A DNA stretch of 62,974 bases, filler included, from Choristocarpus tenellus KU-1152 (lineage: Eukaryota > Protista > Phaeophyceae): the NCBI GenBank assembly GCA_964200185.2. It is 9 parts of 9 records of this genome, joined end to end, with 100 filler letters (N's around TTAATTAATTAA, not from the genome) between each part and the next. Parts side by side here need not be neighbours in the genome. Positions count along the whole stretch, not along the records: positions 1 to 8,986 come from CAXNAD020004122.1; positions 9,087 to 14,222 come from CAXNAD020011756.1; positions 14,323 to 31,043 come from CAXNAD020000785.1; 6 more parts are not named here. One strand, given 5' to 3'. The stretch's first letter is position 1. Each line of letters begins with the position of its first letter. The notes beneath the pieces were generated by a model. The model saw only the letters and a program-made list of their open reading frames with translations, did no database searches and was not told where the DNA came from. A program made the translations under genes and the position numbers. Below are positions 1 to 14,644 of the stretch, piece by piece.

Positions 1-114
1 ACACCCCCACCCCAAATCCCCCCCCCCCCCCCCCCCCCCCCCCCTCCCAACAAAAAAAAAACTGACCCCCAACGGCCCCCCCCCCCCCCCCCCCCCCCCC
101 AGATACTTTGAGCC
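1..114. mobile_element. MITE family B terminus at contig start
   Basis: poly-C followed by AGATACTTTGAGCC, matching the family B TIR. Confidence 0.6.
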
Positions 115-1426
115 TCACCTCTATCAAAGCCACGGTGGCACTTTTGTCTATCAACACACTGTCGAGAGACAAGACCGACTTTTGTCCCGGGGTACTTTTG
201 ATATTCAATGCAGGAGCAAGGCGTTCTTTTTTTCACCATCCACTGCGTAGAAAAACAAACGGCTGATCGTCTATTGACACATTACGATCACCCTTAATTG
301 TTATAACCCGCCGCAACAATTCTACTTAATTGTTCTGCTGTCTCACCAACCCCCCAGCAATCTCAGTGGGGGACTTGGAAATCCACCAGCCCTCACCGAA
401 GGCTACCATCATTTATTTTTCACTGGGCACAACCATGCTGCGGGCCCTTGCCTGATCTCTGCTCCCCTCGCCCTTGCCCTCTTGTCCTCTTGTTTTTGTT
501 GTTGGCCATCCCAGTACTCCTTGCTTGGGATGTTGGTAACTCTTGATTGGCTTTTGAGTTGAGATATTAAACTCTCCCCTAGTGTCCTTCATTGCGCGAC
601 CTAGAGAGGTCAGATGACTATCAGCATGTCCAAAGCTTCCCCCCCCCCGCCCCATCCCGGTTTTTGTGCTGATCGATGCCAACGACTGAATGTTTTGAGA
701 TAAGGCGTCACGTGTCAAGCCGACTTCAAGGTTAAGTTGTAAGCTTTACCGGAGAACGTAAGAATTAAACATCATTTGCAGATGGAGATAATTACCTGCT
801 GTTTGTAGCTGACAGATTTAGAACCAATTCTTTCAGAATAAAAATGAAATAAAAAAAAGAAGCCTAGAAAGTGATACATATATATATCTAATAATGTTGA
901 TTATTATCTACTCAACTCCGTAAATAGTAGCAAATTCCTTGGTCGAAGCCTAGCCCCAAGTGGACAAACAGGGCAAAGTGGATTGCTTTTTGTTTTTTGT
1001 CTAGTCTATACTTTTTTATGGATGGGGTTGCTGGAGGCTACGATAGCTGAAGAATGAAAGGGTAATCTTTGCTGGCGATACAGAAGTTTTTTGTTTTGAA
1101 CTGTTTTTTGTGAAAATGCAAGTTTGAGTCGATTCTTACTTCTTTGCAATTCGGTTCTATATTTGCAAATAAAAATCAAGAGGTGAAAGGTTTATGTCCT
1201 TTTTGTGCTTGGAAGTCCAGTCTGTGTATTTTGTTTTTGAAATTTGAGCTATATATTTTTCTTAGGGGTGTAAACGAAATTTTGTATGTTGCTATATTTC
1301 TCTTTCATCCTTGCTTTTTGTAGTAGTAGTGTATGTACACACTATGCCACTGACAGTTAGGAATATCCTCTTTTTATGTTGTTATTTGCTTTCGATACAT
1401 GTTTTGAACCTTTTGATCTCCCACAG

Positions 1427-4400
1427 GTGCACCGGGATATCCAGCAGGCCCTAAAAATGCTTCATGAGGTGGACAATGTTTTGGAACAGCTTGCGCTCTT
1501 CTGGGCTAACAGTGAGGCAAGAGATAAATATATGTATATATACCATTATGCTTCTATTCCTGGTATTAGTAATATTAATATCAGTAGTAGAATAAACCAC
1601 ACTTCGGAGCTATCAAAACAATGTGTCACAAGGAAATTCCCAGAGCGGTTGAAAGGTATTGATAAGATCTTCTGAATCATTGTGTGTTTTTGATGTATGC
1701 CGTGTGTGTTTGTGTGTGTAAATATTTTAGATGTCATTTTTGACTAAAACAAGAACGAACGTTTGTATTGCGTTTATCATGACATACAACATGCTACATG
1801 TTGATAATAACAATAGCACAGGGTACCCCTCTACAATGAGAAACTCATACATGCATGCATACATATTTATCATTTCCTGCTTATTCTTGCCGTATTTGTG
1901 CTCTTACTTAATATCATCCGTCACGTAAGTTGCTCGAACCCACACAACCTGTATAAATTGCGATCAAATTGCCATGGTAATGTTGATATTTTCTGTGTAG
2001 GTGTGGCGTGTCATTGGTTGTAAGTACTGATGAAAGCAACTTACTTTTTAAAAATATCGTGCACCAAATTTTTTCATGGTTTTCATTTATCGCCCTCGAA
2101 TTTCGATTTCGGTTCATCATTTCTTGTTTCGTCCCAGCCTTGTACTTCGTACGACCCGCTATTTAGCAGGCGGGGGGGGTCTTGTTCGTTAACGGAAGGT
2201 CGTTTTTTCTTGTTTTAAAGTATGTCGTTTGAGGTTACAACCACTTCAAATATTGTATTGGATTCAGGCGTGTTCTAAATGCATGCGCATTTTTCTAAAG
2301 GGAGTTGGAGAAATACTCTTACATTGCATGGTATTTTTCATCAAAGAGATACTGTTCAGGTAACCCTCACTAAATCACAAATTATATGAGTAGTACATTC
2401 TACAAAGGAATTTTACGGGTGATTCAAACCACTAAAATACTCGCTGGACTGATGTTCTCGATGCCATTCCCATATAAGGTTTAGTTTTGTTGTTTGTAAT
2501 GGTAGGAATATTTTATTTTATTTTTTCCCGATACCTGCTTTTTCCATGGACGCACACATTATACCTACAGATATTTTTCTAAGTAAAACGATTAGATCGA
2601 TATTATATACACTCCCTCTCACATGAGTCTCCCACGTTTTGAATTTACACTCTTCGTTTTGGCTGTTTCTTCACGAATACAAAGACTCTTCCAGTAGTGT
2701 ATGAAGCAAAATTGAACCTTTGGATAGAATTGTTCGGAACGGATTTTTGTTGCTCTATGAATCTGTTCCGAGAAGTGGAACCGAAAAAACGATCTTTTAC
2801 AGTTTTCATTTTCATGTAGTTCCGCCAAGTACCACATTCCCCCATCAACACACTTCTCAACACCTCGCCAAGAACAGTGCGACTCTCGCTTGACCTTCGC
2901 ACCATGTGCGACTTGAGTCTCGTAGCCGATATAACCACTCGGTCAAGTCTGCCGTCTTTTCCTGGGAGGTGATCGGCCCAGGGTAAGAAAATGCGAGTTC
3001 AGTGAGCATGGTCGAAACTTGCTGGTCTTACGCTACGCTTTGGCGCTACTTCACAGTAAGAAATGGCTTCCGAAAGGCATTGGACCAGAGTTGACAGAGC
3101 AGTTTTGAGTTGGCGGGAAAGATCCGAGACAACTGCGGGTGCGTGTACGAGAACAATTAGACACTGGCAATACGCTTCTGAAGAAATCAGCTTCACAACC
3201 GGGCGACCATCGGACTTCACACTAACAAAGCATGTGAAGATTCGAAAGATCAACGCTGTGAATCGCACCCTGAACCTCGATCAGCTGTCTACCAAGCTAT
3301 CCGAAGTTGGTCTCGTAGCTGGCAGCTCAAAGCTTCAGCGATGGGTTAAAGTGATGGGCGCAACAAAGGTGAAACGGCGCTTTACCCCGAGTCTGTCGGT
3401 TACACATCAAAAGAACTGGGTAGATTTCATCCTTGACCGAGCAGCAAGGAACTGCATCAATTGCAGAAGCGACCTTACCACGATTCATATTGGCGAAGTA
3501 TGGTTCTACCTCGTCCGGAAAGAGGAGCGCATCCGCATTTTCCGTGGGGAGGAAAGGGTGTGGCCTCCACCAAGGTACAGCACAAGAGTCACATTCCTAA
3601 GGTGATGTTCATCCGCGCCATTTCGAGTCCAGATCCTTTCCGCAATTTCAACGGCAACATCGGAGTCTGGCATGTTTGCGCCATTAAGCAGGCGCAGAGA
3701 AATTAGACCCGCCACTAATCCACTAGTCGGGGCAGTAGTACGACTTCAATGTGACCATCGATGCCAAGTGGTATCGGGAGTTGTACGTGGAGACTTTTCT
3801 CCCTGCATTGAAGGAAGAAATGCCGTGGTTGGAAGGTGAGGAGGTGGTCGCACATCAGGAGCAACCCTCCATACGGGAATAGACATGCCACGAAAGCTCA
3901 ACGAAGATGGGAGAGAGGGAGGGGGCATGGAAAGTCAAGCTTGAAACACAGCCTGTGCAGTCACCTGATCTCAATATCAACGACTTGGGGTTCTTTGCAT
4001 CCTAAAAAGTAGGGATTGGAGGGAGTGTTACGGTACGATAGACGACCTTGTGAAGGGGGGTAAGGAGCATATATGGTGCGTGTATATGACACAGCTACTT
4101 CAGAGAGGGTGTGATAGACCTCGTTAAGCGGTACAGTCAAGATTTGAAGTTGCTAGGGGTTAATTTCAAGGTACAGCACACGGGAACTACGAAAGATGGT
4201 GTGAGGGAAGTCTGCCAAATCGTTCAGAATCGACAGAGGGGCTATCGACGAGGCAGTGGTGGATTGGTGGATTGATGGGAATGAGGAAAGTGACAAAGAA
4301 CGATTTTCACGTAAAACATGTAAATGTATCCAACGTAAAAGATCGTTTTTCCACTCGAGGTCATCTCAAGAAGTTAAACCCTTAACGCTGCAAACTTGTG

Positions 4401-4857
4401 GGACAGAGGGAGTAGATTATATTTAGTTCGAAATACATTCAACAATTTGGTTGCAATTGATTGAGACATGTGCTCAGCACGCGAATTGAGGTGCAAGGTT
4501 TGCCGCAACGACATCCCAGGAGCGTTTTGCGCAGTGCAGCATGCATATGCACGAGAGAGTAAGCAATCGAATTCATCCTCGGGGTTTTTTTGGTGTTGAT
4601 CTTTTTCTTCAACACGGCTTGAATCATCTTGGTTACTCAATGGTTACAGCGACAATATGATACTTTTTTATTCACGCAACACTGTTAGTGATGGTGATCT
4701 CTTTCATTTTGGTGTGGTTTGTCAGGTGATCTTCCAAGTCCTGCTTCGCAAGGGAGATCTGGTGGAGAAGTTTGTTGAGTTTGCTAACAAACCGCGTCTC
4801 CTTCAGCGGTTTAAGGAGAGAATGATAGACTACCAGCGATTCTGGGAGGGAGTTCAG

Positions 4858-4894
<37 letters not shown>

Positions 4895-5309
4895 GGTGCC
4901 TCTGCACCCTGTAATGCCCCAGAACCTGATTCTTGACTGGTGCCTGCCTGGGGATGCTGTTTGTTGTTGATGCTCCTCTTTAGTTATTGAACGGAAACAG
5001 GAGATTACGTTTTGGTTGGAATAACCCTGCCCAAGCCCTACACCGAACCCTAAAACCAATCAATTTGTAGAAGTTGCACGGAGGAAGCTACCGAAGGTAT
5101 TCTTTGTGTTTCGTTTTTTTTTATTTGCCTCAATAGTACACTCAAGTGTGAAAACTGTGTCCCCTTCCAATTGGGGGGTGGTTGTCACAGGTCTGTGCTC
5201 CTTTTGGGCTCTCCTTGTCCCTTATGATTGGTGCTGTGGTATGTAGAGAGTCCAACAGAGGGAAGGGAGTCTAGGGGTGGAGTCTTCTGAATCGACAAGG
5301 AGAGAGGAG

Positions 5310-5383
<74 letters not shown>

Positions 5384-6315
5384 ACTGAGTTTTCTTGCTG
5401 ATCTTTGCCTGATTCGCCAAAGTTCATCCCAAAACTTGAGTACTATTGCGTAGAATGAAGCAGTAGTGTCGTAATGGTTGTCTTCCGCACAACGATTGAT
5501 ACACTAAACGTGTTGTATTGGGATTTTTGATTGATTGTGGAAATTTTGAAATGTACTCCGGTTTTGTTGCGATGTTGCTATCGTTAAATACATGTGCTTC
5601 TAAAAATGTTTCCTGAAACAGTACAATCAATACACAAACCAGCAGAATTTTAGCGCTGTATACTTGTCGACAGGACTGAGTTTCTGTTGATTTTTTATTT
5701 TGTCCTTATCCTTTAGTTTTGGTGTTAACTCTGGAAGTATTTGAGTTAGAAGCACTTCAACTGGCAAAGTAAGAGACAGAGATACTCTTGAGTAGATGCT
5801 CTACCTTTGTGTTGTATTTGTTGTACGGGTGTGGCTCAAAGTATCTGGGGGGGGGGGTAGCGACTGTCCATTTGGGGTAATTTTTTTCATGTCGCGATTT
5901 TTGTGTGATTTGGTTGCATACGTTAGATAGACATTGTATGTGCACTATTCCTGGTCATGGCCCAAATGGACACCCTGGTGTAGAACCCCCCCCCTCCCCA
6001 CAGATACTTTGGGTCTGTACTGTTGCGATTAGACTGAATAGATCACGCCTACCGGTTCTGGATGTCTGTCACCCACAGAATGATGGTATTCTTCTACACC
6101 CATCCACACAGTTGCATCCTGTTGAATCGTTTTCGCTTCCTGTTACTGCACAGGTGCTTTGCAACAAGTATGTCTGCGGCCAAATAAATTGTGGGAAATA
6201 CAAACAGGACAATAGGATGGACCACCGTATTTCTGGGTCGACCCTTGCAGGAGGCCTAGGTTTGCATGCTATGGGAAATGATGAATCGGGGAGCACGGCG
6301 ACAAGAGGGTCTTGA
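1427..6315 (+). CDS. 3' part of a multi-exon gene, helical protein of unknown function (exons 1427-1516, 4726-4857, 6154-6315)
   Basis: Three phase-0 exons with polypyrimidine/AG acceptors join in frame: VHRDIQQALKMLHEVDNVLEQLALFWANSE / VIFQVLLRKGDLVEKFVEFANKPRLLQRFKERMIDYQRFWEGVQ / VLCNKYVCG...stop. The first donor must be GC (gag|gcaag at 1517). Confidence 0.7.
2612..4412 (+). mobile_element. Decayed Tc1/mariner transposon, plant-type DD39D-like, inside an intron
   Basis: Frameshifted transposase motifs TIHIGEVWFYL, VQHKSHIPKVMF, FNGNIGVW and QPVQSPDLNINDLGFFAS. Right end GGGACAGAGGGAG-TA is a Stowaway/mariner-type TIR; the left end CTCCCTCT is degenerate. Inverted subterminal motif AAAAACGATCTTTTAC at about 2785 and 4335. 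Confidence 0.85.
5313..5382. repeat. (AC)n microsatellite, about 35 units
   Basis: Read directly. Confidence 0.97.
5833..6015 (+). mobile_element. MITE family B (about 180 bp, TIR GGCTCAAAGTATCTG-polyG)
   Basis: TIRs GGCTCAAAGTATCTGGGG and CCCCAGATACTTTGGGTC; internal sequence homologous to 19886-20063 and 51689-51884. Confidence 0.85.
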
Positions 6316-8915
6316 GCTGCACAGATCATGTCGAAGGGGTTGATGTGTTCTGACAGTTGCATGATGTGTATTGAGAGGTTGCAATCGCAGGCAGTTGGCC
6401 CAGCTCTTGTTGCCATTGTCGTTGTATTGTTTTTGGCACACAACATTAGGGTGTTGTAGGAAAGACGAGCGATGGCCACCTCCAGCCGTGAGATGGGGGC
6501 AAGGGGAAAGGGTGAAGGGTGAATTCTATGACTGATGTAGCAGCACATCTGCAACTCTCCGACAATATATACTCTGATGCAGCCATCCCCCTTTCCATCT
6601 TCCTCCCCCACCCTGCATCTTTGTAGAAGAATTGATGACACCCTTCTTGTCCATCATTGGTTCGCTTTGCTGTAAGGAGTTTTTTTTTGGGATTTTGATG
6701 CTTGCGGGCTGCATAGTTTGGTGGAGGCAAGTGTACACTACCTTCAATTCCTTCCTAAACTGTGTTTTTATTGACTGCGTAGATATCAGGGAGGAAATTA
6801 AAGATGTGCTTGCCTTGGAAGCCAGATCGCCTACACACTTACAGGTGGCTGAGTAAATGAGAATCCCTGTGCTTTCTTGCCCCTTCTGCCCCCACCCCCT
6901 TCTTGTCGTTGGAGTGGGTTTCCCTTCCCCTTGAGTTTGTGTAGTGTTTTTTTCTTCTTTTGTGTGGTTTATGTGTGTATTATGTTTTGTCCGCTTAGGG
7001 GAAAATTACTGATTTGTTGTCATAAGGACTATAACCCTGATGCTTAAGGGATGATAAAAATAATAGGTTTGCTTCTTGTTTATTTTTGTCTCCCACCCAC
7101 ACAGAACTTACTACTACTATTATTATGCTTTGTGCAGACTTGGAATTGATGAGGACACCTTGTTAATGTGATAGTTGAACAAGTGTCTTCAAGAGTATGC
7201 AATTGTTGTGGTGCATACGCACGATTAGTAGAGTGCTGTATAGCACGATTTCGTTTGTTTCTCCTCCTGCTTTCATCTGCTGCACTCTGCTGAGGAATTG
7301 CTGTATTCATCTCTGCCGGCTCCCTACACCGCCACTTTTTCTTCATATTTTGTCCATAGAAATACATGCGTAGGCAAGGTAGTGAGTGGTGAAAAGGAGG
7401 AATAGGGGCCTGCTTGGCCTAATTGATTTTTCACAGTCATGATGTAGTACCAAAAACGAACATCACAGAAGAGGATTGCTAGGTGACGTCAGAAGAAGAC
7501 GATTTGAGCCTGCAATTTACACAGCATGTACTAAGAATGTGTGTAGTGTGTAGTGGTGGTGTTGCATGGCATGTTCATTTTAGAGGCAAGAAGCAATAGA
7601 TTCTTCTGTTGTCAGGTCCCAAGAATGAAGGGGATTATGAACATACCCTTCACTTGTTGGGCTGGTACAAGTAGAAGATGCAACAACTATTTAGTCATAA
7701 ACACAAAAGGACATAACCACTGACTAGGTTAATGTATCCATGTGCTTCTTGCAAATGCCCAGTAGTGTATTGTTGTGATACTCCCTTCTTTCTGGCATAC
7801 ACTGCCTACACATATAGTCTAAATTGTATCCAAGAAGGCACGAGATACTCCATACGCTTGTGAACGACAGTATTACTATAATACTACTACCATAAAAACA
7901 ACACCAGGTTGCCTAAGCATCCAAATAGATGCAATAATTATCTTCTGGGCTACTGAGGGGTGAGGCGGTGGATAGCTGTACGTAGATATCCTCAGACCCT
8001 TCCCCCTTCCAGTCCGACAGGGCTCAGGTGTACGTGATCCCTTCATTTGTTGAGATTTCCTGTCAGTCACTTTGAAGGTCGAACTTGCAGACCCCACACA
8101 AATTTACGCCGGTACGTTTTAGGTAGGTCATCTCCTTCTGCACAGGTAGGCATAGACCCCTGACATAGGTCACCCCTGCGACCCAGGCACAGCCCCCCAC
8201 TATTGTTCCTTTCCTTGGTCCCACTTTTTTTTTTTATTGCTGCCGCTACGTGGTGGAGCTTATCCTCCTTGCCTCCCAGGCGTAGCCCACTCAGCCCTCA
8301 GCTGTCTCTCTCCTCCTAGTGCTGCTTGAGCACTGTAGCTCCTAACTGGCGGATGATCTCTTTTCATCCACTCAGCACAGCCCTACCAGTTTATCCAGGC
8401 ACCTCCACCACTCTTTTCCTTTAGGCACAAATGGACCACAGCGGTTACTACCTGGGCGGAACTTCCTCTTCTCTTTCCCCCTCAACACAGCCCCCTCCTG
8501 TTATCCATGCACAAAGTAAACGAGAGGTACCCAGGTTTTGGGAGTTTTGCATTTCAATCTTTTGCCATCCACTCAGATTTCTATGGATGAAATGCTAAGT
8601 TTGAGAGCGTTTATTTCTCTAGTTTGATTTCTGACACATTTCAGAAAATATCCCGACACATATATGTGTATTGTACAAGGTTCATGGGAGGAGATGAAAC
8701 TACAACCTGCGGAATGATTAAACCCAACATGCAACAAAAATTCAAGACATGGGGCGATGCAAAGTGTTGTAGCCGAAACAGATCATAGTTAACAAGTAGT
8801 ATTAATAGTGCGGTGTGTAGTTCCTCTGACCTCGGGTCAGAGCTAGGTAGGATTGGGATAGTGAATGCTAGTAACATTATTACTAGTCCCCAGCCGAATT
8901 TAGGCAGTGACGGAA

Positions 8916-8986
8916 GAGTCAAAGTATCTGAGAGGGTAGAGCCGCGTCCATTTGGGGGTCAAAATCCAATGTTCCGATTTTGATGT
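8916..8986 (+). mobile_element. MITE family A, left end truncated by contig end
   Basis: GAGTCAAAGTATCTGAGAGGGTAGAGCCGCGTCCATTTGGGGG, nearly identical to the start of the copy at 16746. Confidence 0.85.
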
Positions 8987-9086
8987 NNNNNNNNNNNNNN
9001 NNNNNNNNNNNNNNNNNNNNNNNNNNNNNNTTAATTAATTAANNNNNNNNNNNNNNNNNNNNNNNNNNNNNNNNNNNNNNNNNNNN
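8987..9086. other. Artificial contig-joining linker; identical linkers at 14223-14322, 31044-31143, 39367-39466, 45453-45552, 49037-49136, 51976-52075 and 59722-59821
   Basis: N44-TTAATTAATTAA-N44 with stops in all six frames, repeated eight times. Confidence 0.99.
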
Positions 9087-9160
9087 CGACATGGAACAAA
9101 ATGGCCCCAAATAGACAGTCGTCACCCCCCACCCCCCCACCCCCCCAGTTACTTTGAGCC
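9087..9160. mobile_element. MITE family B terminus at contig start
   Basis: CCAAATAGACAGTCGTCACCCCC...CCAGTTACTTTGAGCC is the reverse complement of the family B left end. Confidence 0.65.
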
Positions 9161-9463
9161 TAAAGATTAGGATTAGAATTTGATTAGGATTAGGATTAGA
9201 TTAGGATCACTGTATGTGTTCATACCACTAGAATGAACAGCCTGCACGCTAGATTGAGCCAGTCATCTGACGTGCACTCGTAGCGTAACCTCTCCTCCTT
9301 CAAACCTCTCAACAAGACTTGAGAGGTCAATCAAGGACCACGAACAAACAAGCTAGGGGTGGCCTCAATGGATACCTTCACTTTATCGGTTGAGCAGGCA
9401 GGTAGTCTTCCTCCCTGCTGGCATGCGCAAAAAGAAGAAAAAAAAGGTTCGTGTTCCTCTTAC

Positions 9464-11996
9464 CAGTACATCGTACTCCTTCTTCTGTTTTTTCTTGAGC
9501 TCTTCCACCTCTCCTATACACTTCTCCTTTGTGGAAGATATCTGTCCCCTCTGGGTGTCCTCAAGGGCTGCCAGGCGGCGGCGATGGGCCATCTGAAGAC
9601 CGTTCATTTTTTGATCTATCACTTTCTTGTCTTGATCATCCCTTTCCTGACAGTTATCGAGGAAGGATTGACTTGAAGGTGCTCCTGATGGTGCATTAAA
9701 CGAACTCTGTTCACAATGGCGAATTCCTGCACTGCTTGTTTGACAGTCTGAGTGAGAGCATCTTGGAGGGTACAAGTTTTCCCCTCTTTGTCCATTTGGG
9801 GATTGACTTCCCATGGGTTTTCAAGGGAATATTACCTATTCCAAAATGTTTCGGAGTAGGCAAAATGTGTGCGTTACGAAAAAAGGTGTGTCTGGAACAA
9901 GGATATTGACACTTCCTAACAAACACGATAGCCAAAATTACATATAAAATGCAACATTGGATTTTGGCCCCCAAATGGACACGGCTCTACCCTAACCCTA
10001 AGATACCTTGACTCGGTCTCAGTAAGGTTCTAGTGCAGAGGAGCTGTCTGAGCTTTGTTTCGATTTCTCCTTGTCGTATCACCCAAGTGCCTGTGAACCC
10101 CGAGGGGATAATTTCGTTGCAAGAGTCTGTGGAGTAGACCATACATAGCTATACGTATGTGTATGTGGAATTTTGTTTTTGTCCCCTCTCTACCATTTGA
10201 AAAGCTTCAACATTGTTGTGATAGTTCCGAACGAGAACAGTTGGGCTCAAATGCTACTGAAGCCAATACAACAACAATCAAAAGTGGACTGCATTTTTTT
10301 TTAACGTATGCTCTTTTGAAAGAGCAGCTTTTCTGGCAATATTTAGTGCGGATTGTGTAGTAGAGAAAGTGATATCTCACTCTCTATGCTTGTGTGTTGG
10401 TCTTGACCTAGAGAGGTACACCTTTCCGAGTTTTCTCAGCACACAATTATGTTCCTTCAAGTTCACTTACCGCCTTCAGGCGTGATCTCTCGGCTTCAAT
10501 CATCTTATCAATCTCGTCCACCTTGTCAAGAAAGCACATCTTGGCCATGGCTGCTCGCTCTATGTGGAGATCCTGATGTTGATAAAACCATGTTTGGGTA
10601 GTGCTTGTCAACATCAGAGACTATATTTCAACTTCTCGAGCCAACTACTGCTTACACACAGTATGGTAATGACCACACCATTATGGCAACAGTTAATTGA
10701 TGAATCTCTTCATTCCTTTTAGTAAATGATATGCACAGAGTGTATACAGTAAAAGCTGCGCACAAGCTGCCTATGAAGGTGTATACAGCAATATGTATGT
10801 CTTCTGAGTGTTGATCACTCAACCTTTGCTTTATCTCAACTCTAGATTATACATCCAATCTCCTTACAGACACAACTAAGGGAAAAAAGCTTCACTGATG
10901 TGCGAATGCATGCAGAAGTGACAACATATTGCTGTTTAGAAAAGCTTTTAGTTGGACTGTGGGGGGGACTTAGCTTCCCTTAGACGGATGGGAGCTTTTA
11001 CATGTTGCCCTGATAACTTGTTCAGCCCAACGAGTTGTTTGGTTGGTACCATTAAATATCATGTAAGTATACTTCACCCAACATTTGGTACACGGGTTCT
11101 GTATCTTGTCAATTTTTTCAATTTGTACTTTAGTGGGTATCTTGATGTACATTTACCTCTTCCACCACAGAGAGTCTATTGGATAAATATTTCAAAGTGA
11201 GTGGAATATGGGGAACATTCCAAGGGTATCAGGCTCAAACCAAGAGCCTCCCAAAAATATGACTTTGAAGGACATTTGCACATATCTCAACTTATACCTA
11301 TTCGAAGAAGTACACTGATTTATTTGCGTACGTGCGTTTTATGTGTAAGACGGAGCTAGGGGGGCAGTGAGCTGTAAAAAATGTCATACGCAAAGAAGTG
11401 TACGACTTGTCAGGGCTTCACTGGTATAAGGCCTACTAGCCATAACTTAAGGTGAAAAACGACTTCCTAATCGGTAAGACTAACAACGTAGACCTGTGTA
11501 CTGTGATAGCTTACTTAGGAGGGTTTGGTGTTGGTCCAACGGTCTGAATTAAGTTGGATCGACAAACCACCGAAACTTACGTGCACACATACGCCTTGAC
11601 CTTGCGAATGATGGAAGCGATACCTGACTGCAACATTTGCGATTCACTTGGTGAAAGATTCCAGAGAAATTTCAGAATCAGGAGATCACCTGCAGGTCCA
11701 TTGCTGCTAAAATCTCCTTGCGAGTTTTGTGCTTTTTCGCCTTGCCCAGTCGCTCGTTGCGGGCCTTGATGTTCTGCTTGTTCTTGACTACGAGATTCAT
11801 AATGCAATTCCTGCTCCAGCCAAGTAGGATGGGAGAGTGACGTCAACATTTCTTGTAAGGGTTCGTGTATGCCAAAGCACATATTTTTCTGGGCAAGAAG
11901 GTTGGACAGGTACCTTGTCACCCTCTTCATTATGTCATTCTTCTTCTTGGAACGACCATGGTCTTTGCCGCCTGGAGGCGGCTCCTTGTTGGGCAT
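9464..11996 (-). CDS. 5' part of a multi-exon coiled-coil protein gene (exons about 11581-11996, 10471-10572, 9464-9646)
   Basis: GTAAG donors and phase-0 exons encoding K/E/Q-rich helical sequence (DLHIERAAMAKMCFLDKVDEIDKMIEAERSRLKA; ERDDQDKKVIDQKMNGLQMAHRRRLAALE...). Confidence 0.65.
9750..10014 (-). mobile_element. MITE family A, full copy in reverse orientation
   Basis: GAGTGAGAGCATCTTGGAGGGTAC ... CCCTAAGATACCTTGACTC; body homologous to 16746-17003. Confidence 0.85.
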
Positions 11997-13363
11997 GTTG
12001 CAACGAATACGCCAGGTTGAAGAGCTTGTCAGACCTGAGATAGAGGCGGTAAGTACTGTGGTAAAGCTTTGAGCATAAACGCTTTCTGTGCTTATTCGAA
12101 CTTTATGGTAACAGCGTCGCTAGTTGTTGGCGTTGCTCCAAGCAATATTGAAATCGTACCATTTACTTCTGTAGGATTCAACAAAATATAGCATTCAAAA
12201 GATGAAACCGAAATATTGGGCAACGCCTCCCTCAGAACAATGAGAAAACTAGATTTTGATTTTTGATTTTGCCATTTTTATAATAGAGGATTAAACCGCA
12301 ACACCACTAGAGACAGTCATCCTCTTCTTGTCGTTATTGATTCCTCGTGCGTATGGCCTGTCCACCACCAACGTATGGTACTGTAGGAGGAAATGAGGGC
12401 CCGGAAGTACCTGCAGATGTATCTGCTGCATCTCTTAAATATGATGAGCAGGAAGATGTCCGTAACATGATCGAGTAAGTCGTCCATGGCCACTTACCCT
12501 ATGGCAGAAAAGGGTGGTACAACCAAGCTCTTTTCACTCTGAAAAAGATCTGAGCATGACAATAAGGAAATTTGTAAGCAGTTTTCTTGACTCTAGGTGC
12601 TTCGTCTGGTATGCGTGGCAAGCATTGAAGGTGGTCGATACAGGGCTTGTTGAACAAATGTTAATGAATCCTTACACCTTTTTCAGGGCTGGCTCTGGAG
12701 GGGCTCAAGCTAATGGACAAAACCAGCGACTTTTACCTCGAAACGATAGGGGGCGTATCTGGTCGACTATTGTGAGTCACCTTCGTAACAGACCGCAACA
12801 ATCTGGTTGTGCATCGGTCCCGATTCGATTTTCCTTACGTTTCTCCTTCAGGTGGTGCCACTGAACATGGGTTTGTTCACTCGTGACCCTTAGTGTGTGA
12901 GGGTGAGACAGCTTGGAGAATCGCCACAAATAATTGTTGTCATTGCATTGCTTTGTTTTTCTAGGTATCTGTGGTGTGACAATCGTGTTGCCAACGTTTC
13001 ACCCCTCCCATCTAGTTCATAACTGGCCCTTATTTTAAAAGTACTATTCTTCCTATGTGCCGACTGTCCACCAACCTTTATTCGCCTACCCATTCCGCGA
13101 CGTCAGTCCATATTACGCGTTTTAGGTGTTTCCTTGGCAGCTGCCACGGCAGTGGGCTCGTTGGCATGGCATTTCACACCAATGAAGGTGGGTTAAATAC
13201 AGTGTGTACGTGATGGACTCTCCAGGAGTACACGAACGAGTACCGCAGACGAACAGTCGACACTTATCCTATCGAATCTTCTCGCAGAAAGTTGATATAA
13301 GTTAGTCTTCCCCTCGCCACCCCCCTATTCGAGAAGGCAAATCTATTATCATGTGCCCGTTAA

Positions 13364-13849
<486 letters not shown>

Positions 13850-14644
13850 TAAATAGGAAACGTGTAAGTTCCACCCTTGGCTACCTCAGCAAAAGGGTCT
13901 GGCAAATGAATTTGATGTGGTGCCCCCATGTACGTGCATGTTTTAAAGTATTAATACATTTTACTCCAGATTATGTAACAATATTTATTCTATGTTTTTG
14001 AGGAGTTATTTGGTTGAGATTAGGGTTGGCTTTTTTTTTGTGCAGCACTCAATTTACTATTAACTTATTTCGTGAGAATTGGAAATTGTCTTCACCTCTC
14101 AACGCCCAAGAGATATGTCTGAACAAGGTTCAATCATCTACAACTTGTTCAAGACACGAAGTGATAAAGGAAAACACTCCATAGTTACCCCGTCCTGCCA
14201 CATCCTCCCCACTCACCCCCCCNNNNNNNNNNNNNNNNNNNNNNNNNNNNNNNNNNNNNNNNNNNNTTAATTAATTAANNNNNNNNNNNNNNNNNNNNNN
14301 NNNNNNNNNNNNNNNNNNNNNNCACCATGATTCCTCTTCCTTCGTAGTCTATGTATCATATACAATGCATTCGATTCAGGTTTCAACAATACTACGTGTG
14401 TATACATATGGTGTCTGTCCTGTTTGACATTTTTAGTTATTTTTGAGAGACTGACTGCAAGCATGCCGATACTTGTGGTGGACAGGAAACAGCAGTCTAG
14501 TCGAGGACCTTACCCAACAATTGTGCCACACAGCTGAGGTTCATGAGCTTAAGACGTCACGCTTTAGGCATGAAAGAGACTCCAGAGAAATGAGAAAGTT
14601 GAGACAATTTACCCTCCCTGCACAGAAGTAGAGGGAGTGGGGAA

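Noticed and set aside
8090-8510. GC-richer stretch resembling a retroelement remnant; similar vague stretches at 300-720, 17300-17900, 22500-22900, 53680-55540 and 60030-60660
   Set aside because: No recognisable RT, integrase or transposase motif could be read, so no call is supportable without a search.
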